Of a DNA stretch of 64,000 bases, positions 20,370-30,603 are shown one piece after another. Under the pieces are notes generated by a model that saw only the letters and a program-made list of their open reading frames with translations, did no database searches and had not been told where the DNA came from. The translations under genes and the position numbers were made by a program. Position 1 is the stretch's first letter. Every line of letters starts with the position of its first letter. The stretch comes from Candidatus Sumerlaeaceae bacterium (GTDB lineage: Bacteria > Sumerlaeota > Sumerlaeia > Sumerlaeales > Sumerlaeaceae). Location of the stretch: positions 149,745-213,744 of the forward strand of contig JBPCLP010000047.1 in assembly GCA_051003195.1 (NCBI GenBank), in the 5' to 3' direction.

Positions 20370-20675
20370 TTACGCGCCACCGCCCTCCTGGATAACCGCG
20401 GGAACCCGGAAACAGCCGTCCTCGGATTCAGGCGCGTTGGATAGCGCTTCCTCGTTCGAAAGGGACGGCCTGCGCACATCCTGGCGGAAAACATTCTGCA
20501 GCGCCAGTGAGTGCGAAGTTGGCGGCACGCTGGACGTATCGAGCTCGCTTAGCTTGTCCACGTAATGCAGGATGTTTCCGAGCTCCTCCGCATAACGCGA
20601 GGCTTCCTCGTCAGTTAATTCCAGGCGGGAAAGAAGTGCGACGTGCCGAACAACCTCCGGGGTAATCTCCTGCAC
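20370..20675 (-). CDS. gatC: Asp-tRNA(Asn)/Glu-tRNA(Gln) amidotransferase subunit C.
   Basis: 101 aa. VRHVALLSRLELTDEEASRYAEEL is typical GatC. Confidence 0.8.
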   Translation of the reverse strand: MQEITPEVVRHVALLSRLELTDEEASRYAEELGNILHYVDKLSELDTSSVPPTSHSLALQNVFRQDVRRPSLSNEEALSNAPESEDGCFRVPAVIQEGGGA

Positions 20676-21013
20676 TACTCTTCTTCCTCTTCCTCATCAG
20701 CTTCCACTTCTTCATCTTCCAGTTCCACTTCCTCGTCTTCAGTGTCGGTGGAGCCAGTTGCGGCCGCCTTGGCGCCACCAACAACCTGCGTGGCGGCCTC
20801 TGCGGCAGGTGCCGCCGGAAGCGTAGGCCGCTCCTGCAGTTTTTTCATGTTGGCAAAACGCACAACGAGCTTCTTCTCGCCTACCTCGCCGCCAAACTTC
20901 ACAACCACCTTCTGGTCCGGTCCATCGCCGATTCGAAGCGTCACAGTTCCGTTCCCAAATTTCGGGTGCTTTATCTTGTCGCCCACGTCAAACGTCTCTA
21001 CTTCAGCTGTCAT
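20675..21013 (-). CDS. Small hypothetical protein with a KOW/Tudor-like N-terminal motif and a poly-acidic C-terminal tail.
   Basis: 112 aa. FDVGDKIKHPKFGNGTV motif, a C-terminus of about 25 consecutive D/E residues, and a 1-nt stop/start overlap with gatC. Confidence 0.4.
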   Translation of the reverse strand: MTAEVETFDVGDKIKHPKFGNGTVTLRIGDGPDQKVVVKFGGEVGEKKLVVRFANMKKLQERPTLPAAPAAEAATQVVGGAKAAATGSTDTEDEEVELEDEEVEADEEEEEE

Positions 21014-21025
21014 GATTTTCCTGTT

Positions 21026-21526
21026 CTAAATTGGTTTCTGCGCCGAACGGACAATCCGCTCTATCACATTGGAAGAAGATTTTCCATCAATGAATGGCAC
21101 GGTCACTACCTTGCCACCACGACTTTCAACCTCATTTTTGCCAACGATCTCGTCCAGAATATAATCGCCGCCCTTAACAAGCACGTCGGGCTCGGTGGCT
21201 TTAATGATATCGAGCGGGGTATGTTCGGAAAAGACAGTGACATAATCTACCATCTCCAGCGCCGCAATGATTTTTACGCGCTCGGTTTCGGGGATTAATG
21301 GGCGGGCAGGCCCTTTCAGGCGGCGTGTCGATTCATCCGAATTGAGCGCAACAACCAGGACGTCGCCAAACGACTTCGCCTGTCGAAGATACCGGATGTG
21401 TCCAGGGTGGATCAGGTCGAACACGCCGTTAGTGAAAACGACCCGGCGCCCTGCATTGCGTTCGACGGCTAGAGCCTCGCGCAGTTTATCTGACGGGAAT
21501 GCCTCAAGTAAGCCCGGCCTGCTCAC
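21026..21526 (-). CDS. D-glycero-beta-D-manno-heptose 1-phosphate adenylyltransferase (RfaE domain II-like cytidylyltransferase).
   Basis: 166 aa. VVFTNGVFDLIHPGHIRYL nucleotidyltransferase motif (HxGH). Confidence 0.75.
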   Translation of the reverse strand: MSRPGLLEAFPSDKLREALAVERNAGRRVVFTNGVFDLIHPGHIRYLRQAKSFGDVLVVALNSDESTRRLKGPARPLIPETERVKIIAALEMVDYVTVFSEHTPLDIIKATEPDVLVKGGDYILDEIVGKNEVESRGGKVVTVPFIDGKSSSNVIERIVRSAQKPI

Positions 21527-22779
21527 GTAGTGGATGGTTCGTCCTTTGCGCTCGCGTCCGTGGAAGGCTCATCAGCGACGCTAAGGTCCGTCGACTCCGC
21601 ATCCACAATGGATTCAACACTCTCCGTTGCGGTTTCGGGGTCGTACTTAACTTCAGCCGCAGGCGAGGACTCGCCCGCAGAAGGTTTACCTGCCGATTCA
21701 CTTCCGCCAAACAGGCCGAACAGGCCCCGTTTTTTAGGCCTCTCGGCCGCGCCCGACTCACTCTCGGCCGCCCCGTCGACCGCACCTGAAGCTTCTGTGC
21801 TGGATTCAATGCCAGTCTCGCCGGCCGCTTCCGCCAGCGCATAAATCTCTTTGGGCCCAAGATCCGTCACTTGTGCTGTCGTTGCGCCCGCAATCCCTCC
21901 CGGTGTCGCAAGGAAGTAATTCTCACTCGCCTCCGCCTCAGTTGCAGGTTTTTCGGCTGCGCTCTGAAACGGGCGAAATGCCGGCTTTTCTCCCGCAGCC
22001 GTGTCACCCCTGTTTACAAGTGTCGCAGAATACGCTGCCGAACCACCGGAAGACGGTTGATGTGATCGATTCGCCGGCATCGGAACCTGGTCGAACGGAC
22101 CCGTGGAGGAGCTGGGTTTAGTATACTCCGTCGAGGTGGGCCTCGTTAATTCAACCGTATGGGCCGGTTCAGGCTCCGACTCTTCCTCGCGCGATTCACG
22201 TGCATGCGGCCGCCGCACTGCAGTGTGCACCGGCACCCGTTCTGCCACTTCAAAGTCGCGAATATAAACGTGCACCTCACCAATGCTTGTAATGCCAAGA
22301 TCTTCCGCCAGCGCCGCGCGCACCCGCTGTATCATCTGGCGCTCCAGCACTGGAAGATTACCCTGCGCGCGAACGTCCGTATACAGGTCTGTGCTCACAC
22401 CAAGTCTTGTATCGCGCAGGTCGATGCGCCTGACAGTGATTCCCGGAAGCTCCGCAAGCGCGCTGCGAATGTATCGCTTGATAGCAGAATCCATGATGAC
22501 GACCCGTCCGCCACCCATTTGAACCTCGATTTTCATCTGCTTGCGCGGACGAATGATTGTCATCGCCAGCACCAGCAGGCTTGCCGCCGCTAGCGCGAAC
22601 CACATCCAGAATAGCCCATATCCGGGCCGCATTACCTTGATAAAACTGCGCCCCAATTCATTAATGCGTGTCGGCTGGTAATGAAAGATCGTCGGAAGTT
22701 CGACCATCAATCCAACGATACTGATTCCGGCCAGCACCAGCAGCAGCAGGATGATGATTAGATTTCTGAGGATGCGCAT
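21523..22779 (-). CDS. Asp23-associated membrane protein (AmaP-like) with a long low-complexity acidic/Ser-Thr-rich C-terminal tail.
   Basis: 418 aa. N-terminal TM helices and an Asp23-like region (ALAELPGITV...IGEVHVYI). Residues from about 190 to 418 are E/S/T/P/A-rich. Confidence 0.55.
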   Translation of the reverse strand: MRILRNLIIILLLLVLAGISIVGLMVELPTIFHYQPTRINELGRSFIKVMRPGYGLFWMWFALAAASLLVLAMTIIRPRKQMKIEVQMGGGRVVIMDSAIKRYIRSALAELPGITVRRIDLRDTRLGVSTDLYTDVRAQGNLPVLERQMIQRVRAALAEDLGITSIGEVHVYIRDFEVAERVPVHTAVRRPHARESREEESEPEPAHTVELTRPTSTEYTKPSSSTGPFDQVPMPANRSHQPSSGGSAAYSATLVNRGDTAAGEKPAFRPFQSAAEKPATEAEASENYFLATPGGIAGATTAQVTDLGPKEIYALAEAAGETGIESSTEASGAVDGAAESESGAAERPKKRGLFGLFGGSESAGKPSAGESSPAAEVKYDPETATESVESIVDAESTDLSVADEPSTDASAKDEPSTT

Positions 22780-22918
22780 TTCGCCCCCGACATTAGATTG
22801 TGAAAGTGACGTGAGTGCGAAACTACCATGTCGAAAAAGAAGTTCTTATCCATGCGTCACCGTGATTCTGCGCTCGTTCGGCATACAAATCCTGGCGGAT
22901 AATTAGGTGGTTACCACA

Positions 22919-23341
22919 CTAAGCGGCCTTGTTTTTCGCGGGTGGCAAGGTGCCCTCGTTGATCATTCCACGAATCGTGACGTCCACCCGTTCCACCACA
23001 AGTCCGGTATAGCTCTCGATCGCATTCTTGATCGCCCGCTGCAATTTGCGCGCAGTGTCGTACACATTGGCCCCGTACTTGATGTTAATCTCGACGGCAA
23101 CGCTGCAGCGGTTTTCATTAATTTTGACCGAGATCCCCTTTTCCACGTCCTTGCTTTTCGCACCATCATAGTCGCTGTAACTGCTGCGCCCACTGAGCGT
23201 GATGACGCCGTCCACCTTGACCATTTCAATAGTCGCAATAAATGCGACAACCTCGTCATTAACGATGATTCGGCCACCATCGGCCTCATAAACGTCACCT
23301 TCATCTGGTGACGCGGCACCACTCATCTCCTCGACGCCCAT
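22919..23341 (-). CDS. Asp23/Gls24-family alkaline-shock/envelope-stress protein.
   Basis: 140 aa. Typical Asp23 core: [14 protein letters not shown]...[41 protein letters not shown]. Confidence 0.8.
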   Translation of the reverse strand: MGVEEMSGAASPDEGDVYEADGGRIIVNDEVVAFIATIEMVKVDGVITLSGRSSYSDYDGAKSKDVEKGISVKINENRCSVAVEINIKYGANVYDTARKLQRAIKNAIESYTGLVVERVDVTIRGMINEGTLPPAKNKAA

Positions 23342-23530
23342 GGCAGGAGCCTCTCCGCAGCTAGGTGTGTACTGGGATCATCTACAGGCGCGCCGGGAAA
23401 GTACGTCATTAAAAATCTGCATCTCCCAGCCAGACTCGCCCAAATTGCGTTTCAGGAACTCACGCATTTCCCGCGAAAAAACCACTCCTGCGCACATTTT
23501 ACTGTAAATCACCAGCCGACGGGCGGGGTA

Positions 23531-26221
23531 TTGCAGCCCATGTCCAGCCCACCCAGCACTTCCACACCCACTTTTGAGAACATCTACCCGCACCGCGAGG
23601 TGGAAGCGAAGTGGCAACGCCTGTGGCGCGAGCAAAGCGCCTCCGCCACCTCAGCCGATCCCGGCGCGGATAAATACTACGTCCTTGAAATGTTCCCGTA
23701 CCCTTCCGGTCGCCTGCACATGGGCCATTGCCGGGTTTATTCCATCGGCGACGCGCTGGCGCGGTTCTTCCGCATGCGGGGCAAGGCGGTGCTGCACCCC
23801 ATGGGCTTCGATGCATTCGGACTGCCCGCCGAGAACGCGGCCATCAAACACCAGGTGCAACCCGGCGAATGGACCGAGCGCTGCATCTCCGATATGAAAG
23901 ACCAGTTCGAGCGCATGGGCTTCAGCCTCGACTGGAACCGCGAAGCCGTCACCTGCCGCCCCGATTATTATAAGTGGAACCAGTGGCTTTTTCTCAAGAT
24001 GCTGGACCGCGGCCTCGCGTACAAGAAAACAGCCGCCATCAACTGGTGCGACACCTGCCAGACGGTGCTCGCTAACGAACAGGTTGAGCAGGGTGTCTGC
24101 TGGCGCTGCCACAATCCAGTCACCATCAAGAATCTCGAACAGTGGTTCTTCAAAATTACGGACTACGCTGAGCAGCTACTGGCCGACCTCGATAAACTCG
24201 AGGACTGGCCAGAGAGCGTGAAGACGATGCAGCGCAACTGGATCGGCCGCAGCGAAGGTGCGCGGGTGAAGTTCAAGCTGCTGCCGAAAGACGCCTGCCT
24301 GGAAATCAACGCGGCGATGAAGCAAGCCGCGGGCGATGAACCCAGCGATGAGCCGGTAATTGTGCATTGGGTAGGCGGAAAGTTCGATGACGTGGAGCAG
24401 ACCGCCGCCTTCGACGACCTTGAGATTTTCACCACCCGCCCGGACACGCTCTACGGCGTGACGTTCATGTCGTTCGCCCCCGAGCATCCCATGATGGACG
24501 AACTTGTTCGCGGTACCCGGCACGAGCAGCCCGTGCGCGAGTTTACCGCCAGGGTTGCGCGCGAGGACCGTTTCCTGCGCACGGCCGCCGACCGCGAGAA
24601 GGAAGGCGTGTTCACGGGACGGTACGCAGTGAACCCTCTCAACGGCGACGTGGTGCCGATTTATGCCGCGAACTTCGTACTGATGGAATATGGCACCGGC
24701 GCGGTGATGGCCGTCCCGGCCCACGACCAGCGCGACTTTGAATTCGCGCGCAAATACGACATTCCGATCAAGGTCGTGATCCAGCCCGACCAGGCCATCG
24801 AGCCAGACTCCATGGACGCAGCCTACGTCGAACCTGGAACCCTGGTTCAAAGCGGCCCGTTCGATGGCACACCATCTGAAGCCGCAAAGGCCGCCATCAT
24901 CGCGCACCTTGAGCGGCAGGGGATAGGCAGCCGCACAATCCAGTACAAGTTGCGCGACTGGCTCGTCTCCCGCCAGCGCTTCTGGGGCACCCCTATTCCT
25001 ATCGTATATTGCGACAAGTGCGGCATGGTTCCTGTCCCCGAAGCCGAACTACCGGTGCGTCTGCCGTCCCATGCGGCGTTCACCGGCTCAGGCAATCCGC
25101 TTGCCAACTCCGAAGACTTCGTTCGCACCCCGTGCCCGAAGTGCGGAAAGGACGCGCGCCGGGAGACCGACACGATGGACACCTTTGTCGATTCCTCGTG
25201 GTACTTCCTGCGCTACTGCGATCCAACCAACGAATCGATGCCCTTCTCCAGAGACGCCGCAAACCAATGGATGCCCGTCGACCAGTACATTGGCGGAATC
25301 GAGCACGCCATTCTCCATCTGCTTTACTCGCGGTTTTTTGTCAAAGTCCTGCGCGACCTCGGCCTCGTAAATGCCGATGAACCCTTCCAGCGTCTGCTGG
25401 CACAGGGCATGGTAACCAACACCTGGATCGACAAAAATACCGGCAAAATTGCCGTCGACGAGAACGGCCGGCCAAAGCAGGCCAAGATGTCCAAGTCCCT
25501 CGGCAATGGCGTTGATCCACTCGACATCATCGACGAGTACGGCGCCGACACCGCTCGCATGTTCATCCTGTTCGCTGCGCCCGCCGAGAAAGAACTCGAG
25601 TGGACCGACGAAGGCGTTAATGGCCAGCACAAATTCCTGAACCGCGTCTGGCGACTCGTGCAGGCAACATCCGACGCCTGCGCCGTTGCGCCCGAAGAAG
25701 CTGCCGAACTGGCGCCCGGCAACGCGAACGACCGCGAGCTTGCCTATGAGATCAGCCGCGCCATCCATCGCGTCGGTGTGGAGATGGGGGAGAGACACCA
25801 TTTCAACACCTCCATCGCCGCGATCATGGAACTGAGCAACGCAATCCACAGCTACCTGGGCAGCGCGCACGAAATCGAACGCATGACCGTCGGCTTTGGT
25901 GTGCGCTCGCTGCTGCTGTTGCTCTATCCTTTCGCACCGCACATAACCAGCGAGCTGTGGGAACGCGCAGGCTTCCCCGGTTTCATTCATCAGCAGCCAT
26001 TTCCCGTGCCCAATCCAGCAGCACTGCAGCGCGATGAAATGGAACTGGCGCTCCAGGTGAACGGCAAGATCCGCTCAAAGCTGATGATCGCCAGCTCAGC
26101 TTCCGAAGACGACATCAAAGCCGCTGCCCTGCAGGATGAAAAAGTGCAGGCCCACCTCGAAAACCGCACACCTAAAAAAGTAATCTACGTGCGCGGAAAG
26201 CTCGTCAACGTCGTGGGCTGA
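23531..26221 (+). CDS. leuS: Leucyl-tRNA synthetase.
   Basis: 896 aa. Class I HMGH motif ([15 protein letters not shown]) and KMSKS motif ([12 protein letters not shown]). Confidence 0.95.
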   Translation: MQPMSSPPSTSTPTFENIYPHREVEAKWQRLWREQSASATSADPGADKYYVLEMFPYPSGRLHMGHCRVYSIGDALARFFRMRGKAVLHPMGFDAFGLPAENAAIKHQVQPGEWTERCISDMKDQFERMGFSLDWNREAVTCRPDYYKWNQWLFLKMLDRGLAYKKTAAINWCDTCQTVLANEQVEQGVCWRCHNPVTIKNLEQWFFKITDYAEQLLADLDKLEDWPESVKTMQRNWIGRSEGARVKFKLLPKDACLEINAAMKQAAGDEPSDEPVIVHWVGGKFDDVEQTAAFDDLEIFTTRPDTLYGVTFMSFAPEHPMMDELVRGTRHEQPVREFTARVAREDRFLRTAADREKEGVFTGRYAVNPLNGDVVPIYAANFVLMEYGTGAVMAVPAHDQRDFEFARKYDIPIKVVIQPDQAIEPDSMDAAYVEPGTLVQSGPFDGTPSEAAKAAIIAHLERQGIGSRTIQYKLRDWLVSRQRFWGTPIPIVYCDKCGMVPVPEAELPVRLPSHAAFTGSGNPLANSEDFVRTPCPKCGKDARRETDTMDTFVDSSWYFLRYCDPTNESMPFSRDAANQWMPVDQYIGGIEHAILHLLYSRFFVKVLRDLGLVNADEPFQRLLAQGMVTNTWIDKNTGKIAVDENGRPKQAKMSKSLGNGVDPLDIIDEYGADTARMFILFAAPAEKELEWTDEGVNGQHKFLNRVWRLVQATSDACAVAPEEAAELAPGNANDRELAYEISRAIHRVGVEMGERHHFNTSIAAIMELSNAIHSYLGSAHEIERMTVGFGVRSLLLLLYPFAPHITSELWERAGFPGFIHQQPFPVPNPAALQRDEMELALQVNGKIRSKLMIASSASEDDIKAAALQDEKVQAHLENRTPKKVIYVRGKLVNVVG

Positions 26222-26383
26222 ACTCGTGTAGTGTATCGCGCATCCTGCGCGGTAGAGCAGGCTTCCAGCCTGCTGCGAGAAGAAGACTCAATCAGTCTTA
26301 GAAGCGCCGGGTAAATGACTCGAGCCCTGCGCTACCCAAAGCGGCGGCAAGCCGCGCGCACTCCAAAATCCAGCGCCGAGCCT

Positions 26384-26423
26384 CAATCAAAGCTAATCAA
26401 AGCTAATCAAAACTAATCAAACA
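26384..26423. repeat. Tandem decamer repeat (gctaatcaaa-type, about 4 copies).
   Basis: Direct read: caatcaaagctaatcaaagctaatcaaaactaatcaaaca. Confidence 0.8.
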
Positions 26424-27180
26424 ATTGCGTCTCTCATTGGCATTTCACGCTTTAAATCAAACAGGCCGATGGGGTAATTTCGCCCTTTGATTTCCGTAAT
26501 GTTCAGATCATGTTGCCTCCGGTTCTTTTGTTTTTCGGTCGGGAGGCGTGTGAGGCGAATGCGGATTGCGGATTGCGGAGTTCAAGCCGGAATCGGAATC
26601 GTCGGCGCAAGGATGGCAGGTTGCGTTGCCAGGGTCATCATAATGTCTCCTTCCTGCTTTCAAGTTCAAGTTGGTAATTTCGCCACTTGAATAGCGGTAA
26701 TCCTCGCGTAAGGTTTCGCCGGGCCGAGTGGTCCGCGGGGCTTGCCGGATGGGTGGCTTTTTCCGTCAAGCGCAAAGACATAAAACGCCACGCGGATTGG
26801 GCGCAGACGTGCCCTCTGCCGTCGGTCACGGCGTACGAGGCTGCATAGTTGTCAAAGAACGTGTTCAGCTTAGCTTTACTACGCGGGCAGGTATACACCA
26901 GTTCTGGAGAGCGTGTCACTTCCCTGGCGTCACCTTAGCGTGGGCTAAGTCCAATAAAGTCGAAGAGAGTTTTTTGGGCGAAGGTGCGCTGGTGCGTGCG
27001 GGCAACTTTGGATGAAGGTCCTTGCTCGACGTGCGATAGCGATGAGACCTTCCGTGAGAAAGTTGATCGTCGAGAGTGCGAAGGGGACGGTCGGCCACGT
27101 CCCCGTAACTTCCTACCGCGAACGTTATTCTGTCCCCGTTATTCTACGTGTTGACAATCACGGCGAGACGGTAGAGATAT

Positions 27181-27513
27181 CTAAGTGCGCCTGATCAACA
27201 CGCGCTTTATTCTCATGCAACCTGTAGTTTCTTCAGTAGTGAAAAACGCGTCCGTATACTGAACATTGGCAATCATTAATAGTTCTCCGGGCCTTGGAAT
27301 TACGGGCGAGAGCCTCAACTGCTCATCATTGGCAATCTTAATGCTGTTGCGGATTGATTCAGGCAGAGCTTCCACACATGTACCTTCCACTATGTGTTTT
27401 GCCATCATTTCGTCAATGCTCAAAAAGGAGCGGACATAGTAAGTCCTAACAAACACAGTTATTATGATGCCTAATAGGATCGCGCTTATTAGAAAAAGTA
27501 ATCTGCGTTTCAT
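27181..27513 (-). CDS. Small membrane protein (hypothetical); low-GC gene.
   Basis: 110 aa. N-terminal TM helix (LLFLISAILLGIIITVFV). Local GC is about 42% against about 58% for the window. Confidence 0.45.
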   Translation of the reverse strand: MKRRLLFLISAILLGIIITVFVRTYYVRSFLSIDEMMAKHIVEGTCVEALPESIRNSIKIANDEQLRLSPVIPRPGELLMIANVQYTDAFFTTEETTGCMRIKRVLIRRT

Positions 27514-27587
27514 TTTACAGGCTTTTTTCTTTCGCCTTTATACTTGTTTGCGCAGCAGCTTTCGCACGAACGCTACGCGCGAATCCC

Positions 27588-27678
27588 GTGTGCCGAATCC
27601 GCAGTTCATTACCAGACCAAAGGGTAAACTACCCTCGATTCGGCACACCGAACTGATTACGAACTAACCGTAGATCAG
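27588..27678. repeat. REP-like hairpin element (family 2), copy B.
   Basis: A 10-bp perfect inverted repeat, gtgccgaatc (27590-27599) and gattcggcac (27637-27646). The element is about 85% identical to copy A at 6172-6262. It sits immediately 3' of the coiled-coil gene stop. Confidence 0.8.
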
Positions 27679-27684
27679 ATCTGG

Positions 27685-28587
27685 TCAGTGAAACTGCTCC
27701 AGCTTCTTCGCGATATTCTCCAGCTGGTCAGCTGCTTCGTCCAGGTGCTTGCCCAGCGACTTGATGACTTCGTCTACCTGATCGAGGTCGCCGTTCAGCT
27801 CATTCTGCTGCTGCTTCACCGCGTCCTGGGCCTTTTGAACATCCTCCGCAATTTCGTGTCCTTCGCTTACCAGCTTGTCCACAACCTGCCGGGCTGTCTG
27901 AAGCGCCTCGCCAAATGCGGACTGCGCCTTGGCTGCTGTCTCCTGTAACAGCACGTCCAGCTTGTCCTGCACGGTATTGTCGATCGTATCGATCTCGTCG
28001 CCGAGCTTGCGCGTCTGATCCTCGATCTGCTGCTTCGCCTCTTCGAAAAATGTGTCCAGCTGATGCCCATGCTGCTCCAGCTCGCTCTGGTTGGTCTTCA
28101 GCTCATTGGTCACTTTATCAAAACCCTGCTGCGCCATGGCCATTTCCTGCGCCAGCTTATTTTCCACCTCTTCGGCCTTTGTATCGAGCTCGGCCAGGTC
28201 CTTTTCGGTGTCGTTCAGAACTTCGTCCATCTCGGCAGCGAGCTTCTTCGCTTCGTCGTGGAAGGATTGTACGTCCTGCTCGAGTTGCTCCATCTCGTCC
28301 TCAGCCTTTTTCTGCACCTGTTGGAGGCGGGATTCCAGCTCGTCGAGCATGGTGTCCAGTTCCTTGTGCGCCTCAGTGCGCGCTTCGCGCAGTGCCTCGA
28401 TCTTGTGCTGCAGATCGGTATGCTTTTGATCGAGCTTGTCTGCTTCTTTCTCCATGTCAGCCGCTGCCTGGTCGGCGTCGTTCATCGTATCTTCGAACTT
28501 ATCGTGGGCCTTCTTCAGCTTGACCGTGGTGGCCTCGAGCATAGTTTCCAGTTCATTGCTCAGGTCTACGAGTGTCTCTTCAGCCAT
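27685..28587 (-). CDS. Acidic 11-mer-repeat amphipathic helical protein, paralog 4 (apolipoprotein/LEA-like; hypothetical).
   Basis: 300 aa. Rich in E/D/K/Q/L. No TM segment and no catalytic motif. Hydrophobic residues recur with 11-residue phase when the sequence is stacked in 11-mers. Confidence 0.6.
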   Translation of the reverse strand: MAEETLVDLSNELETMLEATTVKLKKAHDKFEDTMNDADQAAADMEKEADKLDQKHTDLQHKIEALREARTEAHKELDTMLDELESRLQQVQKKAEDEMEQLEQDVQSFHDEAKKLAAEMDEVLNDTEKDLAELDTKAEEVENKLAQEMAMAQQGFDKVTNELKTNQSELEQHGHQLDTFFEEAKQQIEDQTRKLGDEIDTIDNTVQDKLDVLLQETAAKAQSAFGEALQTARQVVDKLVSEGHEIAEDVQKAQDAVKQQQNELNGDLDQVDEVIKSLGKHLDEAADQLENIAKKLEQFH

Positions 28588-28624
28588 GTTGTCTCTCCAG
28601 CTCTAATTCGGTTACGCCGCGCGC

Positions 28625-29476
28625 TCAGCGCCAGTCCACGTTCATTTTACCCACGGTTTCGCGTGCCGATTCCAGGCTGCGCTCCAGTGGCTTCACAACT
28701 TCATCCAGTTCCTTGATGGCCGGCTCCAGCTCGCGCGTCGCATTGTCGAGGTCCCTGGCAAGCTGGTATACTTTATCACCGAAATCCCGCATGGTCTCTT
28801 CGAGTTCGTCCGTCTCCTGGCGCAACTCCTTACGCATACCGTCATGCAGCTCTTTTTCCATCTCCGTAATAAACTCCTGCATCGGGTCCCCGACCGCCTC
28901 ATCAAGCGCCTGCATAAGCCGTCCGCCGAGGTTGTCGGCCGATGCGGAAAGCGATGCCTCGATCTTTCCAATTTCTTCCCGCACGATCTGCTGGGCTTCC
29001 TGCAACTCGGCCTGTAGCAGAGCCACCCCTTTCTCAGCGTGTTCGACAACGTCGTCCGCCGCCTTCTTCAGGTCCTGCATCTCCTGCTGCGCCTCGTTGA
29101 TCGATTGGGAAAGCGAGTGCTTGGTCTGTTCCATCTTTGTGTGCAGCGCGGCAACGCCTTGTTCCACTTGCGTCATCCCGTTGGCGATCGTCTGCTGCCC
29201 CTGGTCCAGCCGGGTCTTCATCGCCTCAAGTGTCTGGCATGTTTCGTGGATGGTCGTCTCGAGGCTCTGCTTTCGCGCGCGCGTCTGGTCGAACAGATTC
29301 TTCAGCGCCAGCGCCATGTCCTCGATGCGTTTCTGGAATTCGTCGCGCTGTTGTTTCTGCTCGGTTGCCAGCCCCTCGAAAAAGCCGGTGACTGTGTCCC
29401 AAAGAGCCTTCGCACCGCTTTCGACAGTGCTGATCACAGTACCTAGTATCTTATCCTGGTCGTCAGACATGACCAT
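28625..29476 (-). CDS. Acidic 11-mer-repeat amphipathic helical protein, paralog 3.
   Basis: 283 aa. Same composition and repeat character as its neighbours. Confidence 0.6.
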   Translation of the reverse strand: MVMSDDQDKILGTVISTVESGAKALWDTVTGFFEGLATEQKQQRDEFQKRIEDMALALKNLFDQTRARKQSLETTIHETCQTLEAMKTRLDQGQQTIANGMTQVEQGVAALHTKMEQTKHSLSQSINEAQQEMQDLKKAADDVVEHAEKGVALLQAELQEAQQIVREEIGKIEASLSASADNLGGRLMQALDEAVGDPMQEFITEMEKELHDGMRKELRQETDELEETMRDFGDKVYQLARDLDNATRELEPAIKELDEVVKPLERSLESARETVGKMNVDWR

Positions 29477-29501
29477 CCTTCCTCATAATCCTGGTGTGTA
29501 A

Positions 29502-30491
29502 TTAATCGCCGTACGAGGCGGCAGCCTGCTGGAATTCCTTCAGCGCGTCCTGCGCACCGCCCAGAAGTTCCATGCTCTTATTCATTTCCTTCGCGGCATC
29601 GACACCGTTGTTCAATGCGTCGATCATCTCATCAAGGCTCTGCTTCAGTTCGCCCAACGGCTTTTTAATGTCGTCGTCGAGACCCTTTTCGATCTCTTCA
29701 AGTTCTGTCTCTTCGAAAAGGTCGGCCAGTTCTTTCATGGATGTATTGGTAAGCTGCGTCAGGCCATCCAGGAAGGCGTCACCATTCTTTTCAAATTCTT
29801 CGAAAGAGTTGTCAAAGCTCTTGGAGCATTTCTCCAGAGCGCCCTCGATCTGCTCTTCGTATTTGTCGTCGAGGCCATCTTCGTATTGCTTCAGTGCGTC
29901 TTTGGCTTTGTCGGCCAGTTCCTCTTCCAGCTTGTCGGCGAGCTTATCGAGAAGATCAGTCACTTCCTGGTGCAGGGTACTCGTCTCTTTGGTTTCGTTG
30001 TCGAGATGCTGGTCCAGTTCGTCGAACTCGGTCTCAGTTTGCTGGCGCAGCTGTTTGCCTTTGTTGATCATCTCCTGCACAGAGGCCAGGAATTTCGTGC
30101 GCTCCTGCTCCAGCTCATCGGCTTCCTCGTTAAGGTCCTGGTCGCCCGCATCCACAGCTTTATCGAATTCCTGCTGCAGCTCTTCTATTTCGCGGTGCAG
30201 ATTCTCAGCGCGATCCCTGGCTTCCTCAATGACGTGCCGCGTCTCATCAACGACAGACGATATCTCGCTGCGGGTCGTGGCGAGGGCGGTTTGCTGGTCC
30301 TCCAGCGTCTGGTCGAAATCGTCATAATCCGACTCGAGTTTTTCGCGCGCTTCTTCGCGCTCCTCGATCTCTTTATCGAGGTACTCCATGTTGGCGTAGA
30401 TCGCTTCGTCCGCTTCTTTCAGATCGTGGAGCAGCTTCTCAAACTTGTCCATGATCTGGTCGTAATACGCCCAGCACTTTTCGATGCTCAT
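29502..30491 (-). CDS. Acidic 11-mer-repeat amphipathic helical protein, paralog 2.
   Basis: 329 aa. Same composition and repeat character as its neighbours. Confidence 0.6.
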   Translation of the reverse strand: MSIEKCWAYYDQIMDKFEKLLHDLKEADEAIYANMEYLDKEIEEREEAREKLESDYDDFDQTLEDQQTALATTRSEISSVVDETRHVIEEARDRAENLHREIEELQQEFDKAVDAGDQDLNEEADELEQERTKFLASVQEMINKGKQLRQQTETEFDELDQHLDNETKETSTLHQEVTDLLDKLADKLEEELADKAKDALKQYEDGLDDKYEEQIEGALEKCSKSFDNSFEEFEKNGDAFLDGLTQLTNTSMKELADLFEETELEEIEKGLDDDIKKPLGELKQSLDEMIDALNNGVDAAKEMNKSMELLGGAQDALKEFQQAAASYGD

Positions 30492-30603
30492 CGTGAGGTC
30501 CTCTGCCCGTCCTGATGTGTTGTTCGACTATATGAAAGTGATTGGCTACTGCATGTAAGAGTTAGCGTACTGCAAAAACCTGTGTTTCGGATACTCCAAC
30601 AAA

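Noticed and set aside
26222-26290. Classical rho-independent terminator after leuS
   Set aside because: GC-rich hairpins are present (cgcgca-tcct-gcgcg; gcaggct-tcc-agcctgc) but are not followed by a T-tract. They may still function in this high-GC genome, but the evidence is too weak to call a terminator feature.
26638-26919. A tmRNA or ORF encoding a DNYAASYAVTD-like tag peptide in the long leuS-downstream spacer
   Set aside because: The peptide does not end in AA-stop. No tRNA-like 5'/3' ends (GGGG...CCACCA) flank it. The 93-aa ORF has no SD and opposes the local gene flow. Treated as non-coding.
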